From an uncultured Micavibrio sp. (GTDB lineage Bacteria > Pseudomonadota > Alphaproteobacteria > Micavibrionales > UBA2020): a stretch of DNA of 64,000 bases. Location of the stretch: the NCBI GenBank assembly GCA_964534445.1, contig CAZHOE010000001.1:550493-614492 (forward strand). The letters are read 5' to 3'. Position 1 is the stretch's first letter, and each line of letters opens with the position of its first letter. The notes beneath the pieces were generated by a model, which ran no database searches, was not told the DNA's origin, and was given only the letters and a program-made list of their open reading frames with translations. Positions 1 to 8,759 of this stretch are shown one piece after another. Position numbers and translations under genes: made by a program.

Positions 1-1626
1 ATAATCGCCATCCTTTACGTTCATCTTAACGGCATCTTCAGGACTCATGTGGATATGACGGGCAGCAACGATCAGGCCATTTGTTTCAACCTCCCCCGCT
101 GTGCCGCGCAGGCGAATGACCGGCGTGTTCTCCAACTTTCCGGAGGGTCGTACAGGCACATCGACCCCCAATACAAAAGTGTCTGTTCTCGATACTTCAA
201 TTTGCGTCACTGCGCGCGTAGGCCCCATGACGCGTATGGCTTTGAAGGAACCTTTCGGCCCGATAAGCTCTACCGTTTCTTCCGCAGCCCAGCCTTCAGT
301 TTGCCGTGTGTCGCGCATTTTCTTGAGCTGATGTCCCTTGCCAAACAAAATTTCCACATGCTCTTGCGACAAATGCACATGCCGCGCAGAGACGGCCACC
401 GGAATTCGCCATGAATTATTTTTATGGGCATCCCGCTCTGACAGCAGATGTTTGACCTCTTCCGCAATCATCAGCTGTTCGCTGGTCTGCGTCACAATGA
501 TTTTAATGCGTGAATCAAAAGACTGTATCTGCGGCGCTTCAAAACCTTTGAGGTTTACGGCTTTGTTCTTTTCCTCGTCAAGGTACAACCCCAGAAATTC
601 AAACTTGTCACAGATGCGGCGGCGCATGGAAACAGAGTTTTCGCCAATACCGCCTGTAAAAACCAGCGCATCCAGACCGCCCATCGCGGCAACGTAGGCG
701 CCGATATATTTACGGATGCGGTAAGCGTATACATTCAGGGCCAGATGCGCATCCGGGTCGCCTTCGGCGGCTTTTTTCTCTACCTCACGCAAATCAGCGC
801 TGCCCGCAAGCCCTTTAAGGCCGCTGTTTTCGTACAATTGTTTTTCTATCTCCGTGACCGTCAAATCAAGTTCGCGTGCAAGATACGTAAACAAACCCGG
901 ATCCACATCGCCCGAACGTGTGCCCATGACCAGCCCTTCCAAAGGCGTCATTCCCATAGAAGTGTCAATCGAAAAGCCGTGATTGATGGCGCAAAGACTG
1001 GCGCCGTTGCCCAGATGACAACTGATAATCTGCAAATCCGTCACCGGAACTTTCAATGCCTGCGCGGCGCGCAAGCCCACATATTTATGTGACGTGCCGT
1101 GAAAGCCATAGCGCCGCAAACCTTTATCACGCCATTCTTTAGGCACGGCATACGTATAAGCCCAATCCGGCACGGTGCGGTGAAAAGCGGTATCAAATAC
1201 GGCGATCTGCGGTATGTCCGGCCATAAAGAACGGCTGACTGAAATTGCTTTCAGGTTCGCCGGGTTATGCAGCGGCGCCAAAGCCGTGCAGTTTTGTATA
1301 TGCGCCAAAACGGTGTCATCTATCAGCGTCGCATTCTGAAACAGATCACCACCGTGCGCAACGCGATGGCCTATCGCATCAAATGTGTCAAAGCCGAATT
1401 CTTTTAAAAGAGCCGGTACGCGCTCGACAGCCTCTGCAACGGAAGCCACGGCTTCAACGCGTTTTTTTTCTTCGCCGGCTTCCCCGCCCGTACGGTATCG
1501 CAGATGGCATTCACCTTTTTCAAAGTGTTCAAATTCGCCTTTGAATACCCTGCTGTCCTCGATGCGCATATCGAAAACGCCAAACTTAAGGCTGGAACTG
1601 CCAGCGTTGAATACCAGAATTTTCAT
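1..1626 (-). CDS. ackA: Acetate/propionate kinase (AckA family) fused in frame to a PduL-type phosphotransacylase domain; 3' end runs off the left window edge
   Basis: Absent from the ORF track because no stop lies inside the window. My reverse-strand translation starts at ATG 1626-1624. It reads MKILVFNAGSSSLKFGVFD...AVFDTAFH...RYGFHGTSH...VFTGGIGENS, which are acetate kinase signatures. It continues with no stop through ...TSEQLMIAEEVKHLLSERDAHKNNSW (about 409-478) into RIPVAVSARHVHLSQEHVEILFGKGHQL...IGPKG...RVMGPTR...QIEVSRTD...VAARHIHMSPEDA. Those are PduL/PTAC signatures, from about 408 to 1. The frame is still open at base 1. Confidence 0.85.
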   Translation of the reverse strand, partial: MKILVFNAGSSSLKFGVFDMRIEDSRVFKGEFEHFEKGECHLRYRTGGEAGEEKKRVEAVASVAEAVERVPALLKEFGFDTFDAIGHRVAHGGDLFQNATLIDDTVLAHIQNCTALAPLHNPANLKAISVSRSLWPDIPQIAVFDTAFHRTVPDWAYTYAVPKEWRDKGLRRYGFHGTSHKYVGLRAAQALKVPVTDLQIISCHLGNGASLCAINHGFSIDTSMGMTPLEGLVMGTRSGDVDPGLFTYLARELDLTVTEIEKQLYENSGLKGLAGSADLREVEKKAAEGDPDAHLALNVYAYRIRKYIGAYVAAMGGLDALVFTGGIGENSVSMRRRICDKFEFLGLYLDEEKNKAVNLKGFEAPQIQSFDSRIKIIVTQTSEQLMIAEEVKHLLSERDAHKNNSWRIPVAVSARHVHLSQEHVEILFGKGHQLKKMRDTRQTEGWAAEETVELIGPKGSFKAIRVMGPTRAVTQIEVSRTDTFVLGVDVPVRPSGKLENTPVIRLRGTAGEVETNGLIVAARHIHMSPEDAVKMNVKDGDY

Positions 1627-1679
1627 GATAGTCCCTCGCGTATTTGTTTCAAAAAGTCATAGTGTTTTTAATCACGGAT

Positions 1680-4397
1680 TCAGTGTGAAACGACAGGGTA
1701 CAGACGGAGCCGAATTTGTTTTTCGGTTTCGATGATGGCGAATAACGCGATACCGATCCCGACAATCAATACGCCATCCCAGAAAGGTATCGCAACAGTT
1801 GAAAAGACAGACTGAAGCGGCGGGATATACGTTATGGCAAGTTGTGCCAGCGTGATAACAATAATAGTTGCCCATAAGACCTTTGTCCCCCTTACAGCCT
1901 TCCATGTCAGGGATGTGCCGTAAATGTTCCTGATAAAGAACAGGTGAAATATCTCCATCACGACCAAAGTATTTAAGGCGATGGTACGCGCAAGTTCAAT
2001 GGAATAGCCTTTGCCGATCGCATACTGAAATACACCGAAAACGCCGCAGAGGAACAGTATGGATACAAGGATGATATGCCATATCAACGCGCCGCCCAGC
2101 AAAGATTCATGCCGCGCACGCGGCGGTCGGCGCATCGTATTTTCCTCTGTCGGTTCAAATGCCAACGCTATACCCAGCGTAACAGTGGTAATCAGGTTAA
2201 GCCAGAGGATCTGTATGGGCGTAAGGGGTAATGTCACACCCAACAGCAAAGCGACAATAATCGTCATGGCCTCTCCCGCATTCGTCGGCAAGGTCCAGCT
2301 GATCACTTTTTTAATATTATCGTATACGGTGCGTCCTTCGCGGACGGCCGCAACGATTGAAGAAAAGTTATCATCCGCCAGCACCAGTTCCGCAGCCTCT
2401 CTTGCTGCGGCGCTGCCTTTTTTGCCCATCGCGATTCCCGCATCCGCGCGTTTGAGCGCCGGCGCATCATTCACGCCGTCGCCCGTCATCGCAACGGTCA
2501 TACCATGCGATTGCAAGGCCATCACCAACCGTAATTTATGCTCGGGACTTGTGCGTGCAAAGATATCGCAATCGAGAACCACCTGCCGCAAGGCGGCATC
2601 ATCCATGGCATCAAGATCTTTTCCGGTCAGAACATCCTCGGCATTTTGCAGGCCGATTTGTTTTCCAATCGCCGCAGCAGTCTTGGCATGGTCGCCTGTA
2701 ATCATTTTTACGCGTATGCCGGCGTCATGACATTCGGCAACAGCCGCAATCGCTTCCGCGCGCGGCGGGTCAATCATCCCCACCATGCCCACAAAAGTCA
2801 TTGCCCCTTCGATGTCGGCATGCGCCAGCGTGTCGTCTTCGGATGTGGCAATTTTCACGGCAAACGCCAGCAGGCGCTGACCGTGTGCTGCGACAGATTC
2901 TGCCTTTTCATTCCAGTAGTGAACATCCAAAGGTTCTGTCTGCGCACCCGCGCCCTGCTGGTCGCGGCACATGGCCAGTATCCTTTCGGGCGCGCCCTTG
3001 ACAAAAATAACGTCTCCCTGTCCGGCATGACGGTTCAAGGTCGCCATAAAACGATGTTTGGCATCAAACGGGATCGTATCAACACGTACCCACGCCGCAT
3101 TTTCATGTCGGATATCCCGGCCCATTTTACCGGCAAAGGCCAGCAAGGCGCCTTCCATCGGGTCACCCTGCGTTGTCCAGACATCTTCATCAAGCCTTAA
3201 CGCTGCGTCATTGCACAGCAGCGCAGCGCGCGCCAGATCTTCCAGAACTGCGTGTTCCGCAGGGTATACGACGCTATCTTGTAACTTTAAATCCCCTTTT
3301 GGCTCATAACCCGTTCCCTGCAGTGTAAAGAGATGCTTGTGGGTAAGCACCGTGGCCACCATCATTTCATTACGTGTCAATGTGCCGGTCTTATCCGTAC
3401 AGATGACGGAAACCGACCCCAGCGTTTCAATGGCCGGCAAACGCCGTACAATCGCATTGCGGCGCGCCATGGATTGCACGCCGATTGCCAAGGTAATTGT
3501 CAAAACCGCAGGCAGTCCTTCCGGAATAGCCGCAACGGACAACCCGATCACCGCCATAAACATCATGGTGAAGTCATAGTGTTTAACGAAGTAACCAAAG
3601 ACCAGTAAAATGGCGGCGATTATCAATATCAGGATCGTCAGCCATTTGGAGAAGACACCCATTTGCGTCACCAGCGGCGTGGTGAGCATCTCGACCCTGG
3701 AAAGCAGGCCGCTAATACGTCCGATTTCAGTGCTCATGCCCGTTGCGACGACAACGCCCTTGCCCTGACCGGATGACACAAGCGTACCGGAAAAGGCCAT
3801 GCAGGTGCGATCTCCCAGCGGCGCGTCCGGCGGCGCTTCTTTTGTATTTTTTTCAACGGGAACGGATTCTCCGGTCAAAATGGCTTCTTGAATGGACAGA
3901 CCGTGTGCTTTCAGCAGTCTTAAATCTGCAGGTACTTTATCACCCGCTTCCAACAGGACGATATCGCCGGGTACAAGGTTTTCGCCTTCAATCAGTACGC
4001 GTGTCCCGCCGCGCATCACATTTGCCTGCGGCGCCAGCATATGACGAATGGAATCCATGGCTTTTTCGGCTTTGCCTTCCTGAATAAAGCCGATTATTGC
4101 ATTGGCAATAACAACGGCGAGGATGACGCCGCTATCAACCAAATGGCCGAGGAGCGCCGTAATAACGGCCGCGCCCAACAGCACGTAAATTAAAATATTA
4201 TGAAATTGTAATAGAATGCGTACAATAATACTACGTCGTGCGGTCTCCGGCAGTCGGTTGGCACCATGTTTTGCAAATCTGGCTTCGGCTTCGGCCTCGC
4301 TCAGGCCTGCCGGCGAGGTGCTAAATTGCGCAAGCACAAAATCTGCCGACTTGTCATGCCAGCGGCGTGAATCCTCTTCGGGTTTAATTTTCGGCAT
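1680..4397 (-). CDS. Cation-transporting P-type ATPase (P2-type, Ca2+/Mg2+-transporter-like)
   Basis: 905-aa ORF. It has the actuator motif ILTGESVPVEK, the phosphorylation motif ICTDKTGTLT and the hinge motif MTGDGVNDAPALK. Multiple hydrophobic helices lie at both ends. Confidence 0.9.
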   Translation of the reverse strand: MPKIKPEEDSRRWHDKSADFVLAQFSTSPAGLSEAEAEARFAKHGANRLPETARRSIIVRILLQFHNILIYVLLGAAVITALLGHLVDSGVILAVVIANAIIGFIQEGKAEKAMDSIRHMLAPQANVMRGGTRVLIEGENLVPGDIVLLEAGDKVPADLRLLKAHGLSIQEAILTGESVPVEKNTKEAPPDAPLGDRTCMAFSGTLVSSGQGKGVVVATGMSTEIGRISGLLSRVEMLTTPLVTQMGVFSKWLTILILIIAAILLVFGYFVKHYDFTMMFMAVIGLSVAAIPEGLPAVLTITLAIGVQSMARRNAIVRRLPAIETLGSVSVICTDKTGTLTRNEMMVATVLTHKHLFTLQGTGYEPKGDLKLQDSVVYPAEHAVLEDLARAALLCNDAALRLDEDVWTTQGDPMEGALLAFAGKMGRDIRHENAAWVRVDTIPFDAKHRFMATLNRHAGQGDVIFVKGAPERILAMCRDQQGAGAQTEPLDVHYWNEKAESVAAHGQRLLAFAVKIATSEDDTLAHADIEGAMTFVGMVGMIDPPRAEAIAAVAECHDAGIRVKMITGDHAKTAAAIGKQIGLQNAEDVLTGKDLDAMDDAALRQVVLDCDIFARTSPEHKLRLVMALQSHGMTVAMTGDGVNDAPALKRADAGIAMGKKGSAAAREAAELVLADDNFSSIVAAVREGRTVYDNIKKVISWTLPTNAGEAMTIIVALLLGVTLPLTPIQILWLNLITTVTLGIALAFEPTEENTMRRPPRARHESLLGGALIWHIILVSILFLCGVFGVFQYAIGKGYSIELARTIALNTLVVMEIFHLFFIRNIYGTSLTWKAVRGTKVLWATIIVITLAQLAITYIPPLQSVFSTVAIPFWDGVLIVGIGIALFAIIETEKQIRLRLYPVVSH

Positions 4398-4702
4398 TTT
4401 TATTTTCCACGATAAATAAACCTCAAAAATATATCGGGCTCATCAATCTTTCACGATGGATTGCCGCATATAATTCAAGCCAGATTTTATAGGCATTTGC
4501 CATTTTACGCCACATATTCCAAAACGGACATATACGGGTATGAAGACCATTTTGGTCGTGTTTTCTAAAGAGCTGCATAACGCAGCAAGAAGGCCAGATT
4601 CCTGAAGGAGCCGGCCTCGACAAAACGCATTTTGCGGTTTCAGATTTTGAGTGGGTTAATATCACATAGGGAGATGGATCCCTGCAGACAGGGCGGGATT
4701 TT

Positions 4703-5599
4703 TTAGGAAACGAGTGATCTATTACATAGGGCTTTAATTGTCTGTCTGTCCAGAAAATCAGCAGTCGATTTTTCTGCTTTTCGTTTGGATATACCCGCCC
4801 GTTTGATCTGCACATTCTTTAAATCGCGTGCCGTAGCCGTCTGTTCCATTTCCAGGCTTAGGGCGGATTGAGCCTGTGCTTCCTTCAGCCGCTGTGCCGA
4901 CTGTTTTTGTACCGTAGCGATGGTTTTATAAATATGCATCGATCCGTTATCCGATGATCGGGTTTCTGTACAGTATCCTGAAGTCATCAACGACAGCATA
5001 CGCTCCACTGTATGCAGATCTTTTTCCTTGCTGAGAACAGATTCATAAAAAAATTCAAGCGTTATCGCATTATCGGAGTCAAGCTTTACGGCTGTTGCTT
5101 CATTTTCTTTTAAGAGCATTGCCGCTTTTTGCTGCTGCTGAACGCTCAGGATATGAGCCGCGCTGCGTTCTACTTTCGTGCGCACCAGTGCCGCAATATG
5201 CTGATCTTGACGCAAAGAGAAAGCCAGATTTTCCTGTTGACGTTGACGGGTCAAAAAAAGCTTTTTTTCCAAACCTTCCGGCTGCACCCGTACCGTCTGT
5301 TGTTTTTTTACGGGCTCAAGACCAAACAGGTATTCCGTTTCGGAAAGCTGGTGTATGGATAAGGTCTTAATTGCCGCGATCATGGCCAGTTTGAAAAAAC
5401 CGGCATCTATCGCGCGGTCTGCAAAATTAAGCTCGATTGTCTCCCACAGCGCTAACTGCTGCCCCTCTTTTGCAAGAGAAGAACGGAGCGTATAAATGAT
5501 ATGGCGCGCTTCTTCAATTTCCATGGGGGTGTAACCATACTGCTTACTGGAAAGAATGCGTAATATGCGCAGATTGATCGTTTTTACTTTTTCTAACAT
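4703..5599 (-). CDS. Hypothetical protein (298 aa), Gln/Lys/Glu-rich and probably mostly helical; no family recognised
   Basis: Long ORF with no competing frame. No motif that I can assign, no signal peptide and no TM segment visible. Confidence 0.5.
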   Translation of the reverse strand: MLEKVKTINLRILRILSSKQYGYTPMEIEEARHIIYTLRSSLAKEGQQLALWETIELNFADRAIDAGFFKLAMIAAIKTLSIHQLSETEYLFGLEPVKKQQTVRVQPEGLEKKLFLTRQRQQENLAFSLRQDQHIAALVRTKVERSAAHILSVQQQQKAAMLLKENEATAVKLDSDNAITLEFFYESVLSKEKDLHTVERMLSLMTSGYCTETRSSDNGSMHIYKTIATVQKQSAQRLKEAQAQSALSLEMEQTATARDLKNVQIKRAGISKRKAEKSTADFLDRQTIKALCNRSLVS

Positions 5600-5652
5600 T
5601 GGACTACCTCCCGACTTCTTGTTGTTCTCACGCGCCGACTATGGTGCACAGG

Positions 5653-6072
5653 CTATGCGGCGGCACGGCAAATTTCTCCCAAAGCCTGACCGCATAGTTC
5701 ATGATTGGTGTGCGATGCCAAATCACCGAGAGAAACAATCCCAACCAACCGCTTTTCCGCGTTCAAAACAGGTAGACGGCGCACCTTGTTAAGCGCCATG
5801 TTGCGCACAACAGCATCGGTATCGTCCGTATCGCGGCAGTAAAGAATATCGCGGGTCATAATTTTTTCCGCCACCATCTCGTGGGGGTGATGATTCTCCG
5901 CAATACAGCGCAGGGCGATATCGCGATCTGTCACCATACCGACAAGCCTGTCGTCCTTGACAACGACAACGCAACCGCAATCGCTCTTTTTCATTTTTTT
6001 CGCAATGTCATAGAGTGATGCCTCTGTACCGACAATCTCTACAGCATTGCTCATGACTTCACTGATTTTCAT
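5653..6072 (-). CDS. CBS-domain pair protein
   Basis: 139 aa with two CBS-like repeats (VVVVKDDRLVGMVTDRDI... and RLPVLNAEKRLVGIVSLGDL). Confidence 0.8.
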   Translation of the reverse strand: MKISEVMSNAVEIVGTEASLYDIAKKMKKSDCGCVVVVKDDRLVGMVTDRDIALRCIAENHHPHEMVAEKIMTRDILYCRDTDDTDAVVRNMALNKVRRLPVLNAEKRLVGIVSLGDLASHTNHELCGQALGEICRAAA

Positions 6073-6301
6073 TTGCGCGTTCCTTGTATAATGCGTTTAG
6101 TCTATATGTATATCCTTTAGCATCAGGCGTCAGGATACGATACCGAAGCGAAGCTGACGTATAAGGATTGTGCAAAATCCATTTTTTTATGAAGAAATTA
6201 TATACTGTGCGTTTTTCAATACGGCTTTATTCCTTGTGGCGCCCTATCTTCTATCACGCGGCCTTCGCCGAAGGCTTTTAATCCCCCACAAGGAGACTGT
6301 C

Positions 6302-6379
6302 ATGACATACATGCAAAAAAACAAGCCGGCCGACCAACCTAATACGCCGACACAGCCCAAGCCGCCGCGCAAAAAATAA
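6302..6379 (+). CDS. Possible 25-aa Pro/Lys-rich small protein (MTYMQKNKPADQPNTPTQPKPPRKK)
   Basis: AAGGAG at 6290-6295 lies 6 nt before ATG 6302. The ORF is flanked by a hairpin at 6261-6275 plus a T run, and by a perfect 11-bp-stem hairpin at 6378-6403. No homology is recognisable. Confidence 0.2.
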   Translation: MTYMQKNKPADQPNTPTQPKPPRKK

Positions 6380-6494
6380 GAAATATCCGACAGGATATTT
6401 CTTATAGCGCAGGCTCTATGACAGACACTTTTTTGTCAGGGCTTGCACCGCAAACATCACCCCCTCATGGGGTTAACATAAAGGATACTCTATC

Positions 6495-6830
6495 ATGACC
6501 AACAAAGATCAAAATCACACCGCTGCTACAAAAACCAGTCCGCAGGAAATTCAGCGCAACACGGCAGAAAATGCAAACTCTGCGCGTGATACGCAGGAAA
6601 AAGCAAAATCCGGACAGGAAAAATCTGCGACGCTGAACGCTGAAATCAAGAAGGTCTGGAACAAGCTGACCGACGAAGATATCAACCTGTATGAAAAACA
6701 GCCGGAACAGTTTTTTGGCCGTGTGAAAGACAAACAGGGCCTTAGCCTTGAACAGGCCAAAGAGCGCATGACAAGCATCAAGAAAGCCTGTGATAGCGCT
6801 TGCAGCAGCAACGACAAAAAAACTGCTTAA
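6495..6830 (+). CDS. CsbD-like general stress protein
   Basis: The C-terminal half, KKVWNKLTDEDINLYEKQPEQFFGRVKDKQGLSLEQAKERM, follows the CsbD/YjbJ pattern (KxxWGKLTDDDL...GK...G.S.EEA). The N-terminus is hydrophilic and low-complexity. Confidence 0.55.
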   Translation: MTNKDQNHTAATKTSPQEIQRNTAENANSARDTQEKAKSGQEKSATLNAEIKKVWNKLTDEDINLYEKQPEQFFGRVKDKQGLSLEQAKERMTSIKKACDSACSSNDKKTA

Positions 6831-6835
6831 CTAAA

Positions 6836-6886
6836 AACAAAAAATCCCCCCGCCCGGTTTCACCGCCGGCGGGGGGATTTTTTTAT
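6836..6886. terminator. Bidirectional rho-independent terminator between convergent genes
   Basis: A run, then a GC-rich hairpin ATCCCCCCGCCCGG / CCGGCGGGGGGAT (6844-6878, one bulge), then a T run at 6878-6885. It sits between the stops at 6830 (+) and 6899 (-). Confidence 0.8.
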
Positions 6887-6898
6887 ACCTGTTTGGCT

Positions 6899-7591
6899 CT
6901 ATGCGGCTTCCATGCGGTAGCCGACACCGGGTTCTGTAATAATCAGCGAAGGCTTTACGGGGTCTTTTTCTATTTTTGCACGGATCTGTCCGATAAAGAC
7001 TCTCAGGTACTGGGAGTCGTTTACATGCGCCGGTCCCCAGACTTCGTTCAGAATTTGCTTTTGCGTCAGCATTTTTCCGCGATGGATCATCAGGTACCGC
7101 AGCAGATTATATTCTTTTGGCGTCAGGGAAACCATTTGCTCCCCTAGGTAAACCTGATGCCGAACCAGATCCATACGCAAAAGCCCGTTGATAAGGTCGG
7201 GCTCGCCCGTTTCCTGTATGGCGCCTTTGCGCAACGAGGCATTGATACGCGCTTCCAGAACATCGGCATTAAAAGGTTTGGTGACATAATCATCCGCGCC
7301 AAGATTGAGTGCCTTCACGATATCGCTGTTCTCCAAACGAGATGTAACGATGATGACTGGGACCTGCGACCACTGGCGCAGCCCCGTAATGACTTCATGT
7401 CCGCTCATATCCGGAAGCTCTAACTCCAGTAGCACAATATCCGGCTTCAGGCTGATGCAGAGATTTACAGACTGCTTGCCGGTCTCGCATCCTTCTATGC
7501 GAAATACATCTTCTGGTAGCATGATTCCCAGCATTCTTTTCGTCTGTGGTTCGCTGTCTACAACCAGAATGGTTGTTTTCTTTTTGCCCAT
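6899..7591 (-). CDS. KdpE/OmpR-family winged-helix response regulator with Glu at the phospho-acceptor position (atypical, orphan)
   Basis: 230 aa, collinear with E. coli KdpE as I recall it. KPDIVLLELELPDMSG aligns with KPDLIILDLGLPDGDG, RQWSQVPVIIVTSR with RQWSAVPVIVLSAR, and LTPKEYNLLRYL...LTQKQILNEVWGP...YLRVFIGQIRAKIE...TEPGVGYRM with the DNA-binding domain. The acceptor Asp is replaced by Glu56 (GAG, 7424-7426). No kdpD or kdpABC lies nearby. Confidence 0.85.
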   Translation of the reverse strand: MGKKKTTILVVDSEPQTKRMLGIMLPEDVFRIEGCETGKQSVNLCISLKPDIVLLELELPDMSGHEVITGLRQWSQVPVIIVTSRLENSDIVKALNLGADDYVTKPFNADVLEARINASLRKGAIQETGEPDLINGLLRMDLVRHQVYLGEQMVSLTPKEYNLLRYLMIHRGKMLTQKQILNEVWGPAHVNDSQYLRVFIGQIRAKIEKDPVKPSLIITEPGVGYRMEAA

Positions 7592-7754
7592 GGCAAATCC
7601 GCTTTCTGTACAGGTTATAAAAAAAATATATAAGATTTATAGAAAATTGACTTGTGTACTTATAACACACTTACTTAATTTATAGTTCCTTCATTTGAAG
7701 TTAATTAACATCACATGCTTAAAAACGCAAGTACAAAATACAACCTATGGATGT

Positions 7755-7805
7755 AAAAAGAGAATGCCCCGGAGGCATATTATCCTCAGGGGCATTCTCT
7801 TTTAT
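7755..7805 (-). terminator. Rho-independent terminator of the PRC-barrel/OmpA/DUF1328 transcription unit
   Basis: Perfect 12-bp arms AGAGAATGCCCC (7759-7770) and GGGGCATTCTCT (7789-7800), with an inner GAGG/CCTC pairing. On the minus strand the hairpin is followed by TTTTT. Confidence 0.7.
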
Positions 7806-7914
7806 GGCATATGAAACGGTTGCTATCCGTTTGATAGTAAGCAGTAAACAATAACCGCCTGCTTTTCTGTCGGCAGGATAATTGATATCGAAGTCTCTTG
7901 GCGCGACGTGGCCT

Positions 7915-8094
7915 TTAAATCTGGGGCCCGCCCTTACCTTTCAGGATGTGCATCAACGCGGCAATCACGAACAAGACGATAAACACGACAAACAACAGAC
8001 GCGCGGCGTCCATCGAAAATGCCGCAATACCGCCGAAGCCGAAAACCGCGGCAACAAGTGCGATGACGAGAAAAATGATTGCCCATCTTAGCAT
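7915..8094 (-). CDS. Small two-TM membrane protein, DUF1328/YtjA (UPF0391) family
   Basis: 59-aa ORF, below the track cutoff: [59 protein letters not shown]. The FGFGGIA core is typical of the family. The track ORF 7882..8091 (+) is its antisense. Confidence 0.7.
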   Translation of the reverse strand: MLRWAIIFLVIALVAAVFGFGGIAAFSMDAARLLFVVFIVLFVIAALMHILKGKGGPQI

Positions 8095-8108
8095 GATATC
8101 ACCTTCCT

Positions 8109-8738
8109 TTAGTCTTTATATTTAATGATGACACGACGGTTTTCCTGCGACTTCACGCCATCTCCAAGCTCGGCAACCGGGCTTGTTTCCCCAAATGCCT
8201 GCTCTTCAATGACGGATGCCCGGATACCGTAGTGTTCAAGCGCACGGGCGACCGCGTGTCCACGTCTCTCGGACAGCCGCTGGTTATAATCAGCATCTCC
8301 GGCTCTGTCCGTATGCGCCATCAGGATCACTTCGTCGATATTCATCCGGCGTAGTTCACCGGCGATGTCGGCCACGTGCTGGCGTTCGCTTGCACGGATA
8401 TCCGCACGGTCGAAATCGAAGTAAATCGTACGGAACTGCTGTGATAGCGGCGTTTGCATCGGCATTTTGACAGCCTGCTGGGTATCCACACGGTAAACAT
8501 CACATCCCTTCACGTAATATCCCTCCGGCGGTGCGACGTATCCCTGACACGGCTCACGAAAAACGTGATAATCGATGAATTTACGCCATGCATGGTAATG
8601 ATCTCGATAATCAGCTTCTGTGAGATCGTAGTAATACATGGTGCCGACTTCCTGTGCATGCGCAGGTTTGCCCGGCAGGCCCATCAAGCCCATGCCGATA
8701 CCCGCACAAGCAGCAAGAAGAAAAATGTTCTTTTTCAT
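8109..8738 (-). CDS. OmpA-family protein (OmpA/MotB C-terminal peptidoglycan-binding domain) with signal peptide
   Basis: N-terminal signal [28 protein letters not shown]. The C-terminus reads [11 protein letters not shown]...[26 protein letters not shown]...NRRVII. Confidence 0.85.
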   Translation of the reverse strand: MKKNIFLLAACAGIGMGLMGLPGKPAHAQEVGTMYYYDLTEADYRDHYHAWRKFIDYHVFREPCQGYVAPPEGYYVKGCDVYRVDTQQAVKMPMQTPLSQQFRTIYFDFDRADIRASERQHVADIAGELRRMNIDEVILMAHTDRAGDADYNQRLSERRGHAVARALEHYGIRASVIEEQAFGETSPVAELGDGVKSQENRRVIIKYKD

Positions 8739-8759
8739 GACGCTCTCCTAATAATATTC

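Noticed and set aside
4423-4815. 130-aa minus-strand track ORF in the ATPase leader.
   Set aside because: It overlaps the 3' end of the 298-aa gene in another frame. It has Cys/Arg/Trp-rich composition with no motifs and no ribosome-binding site.
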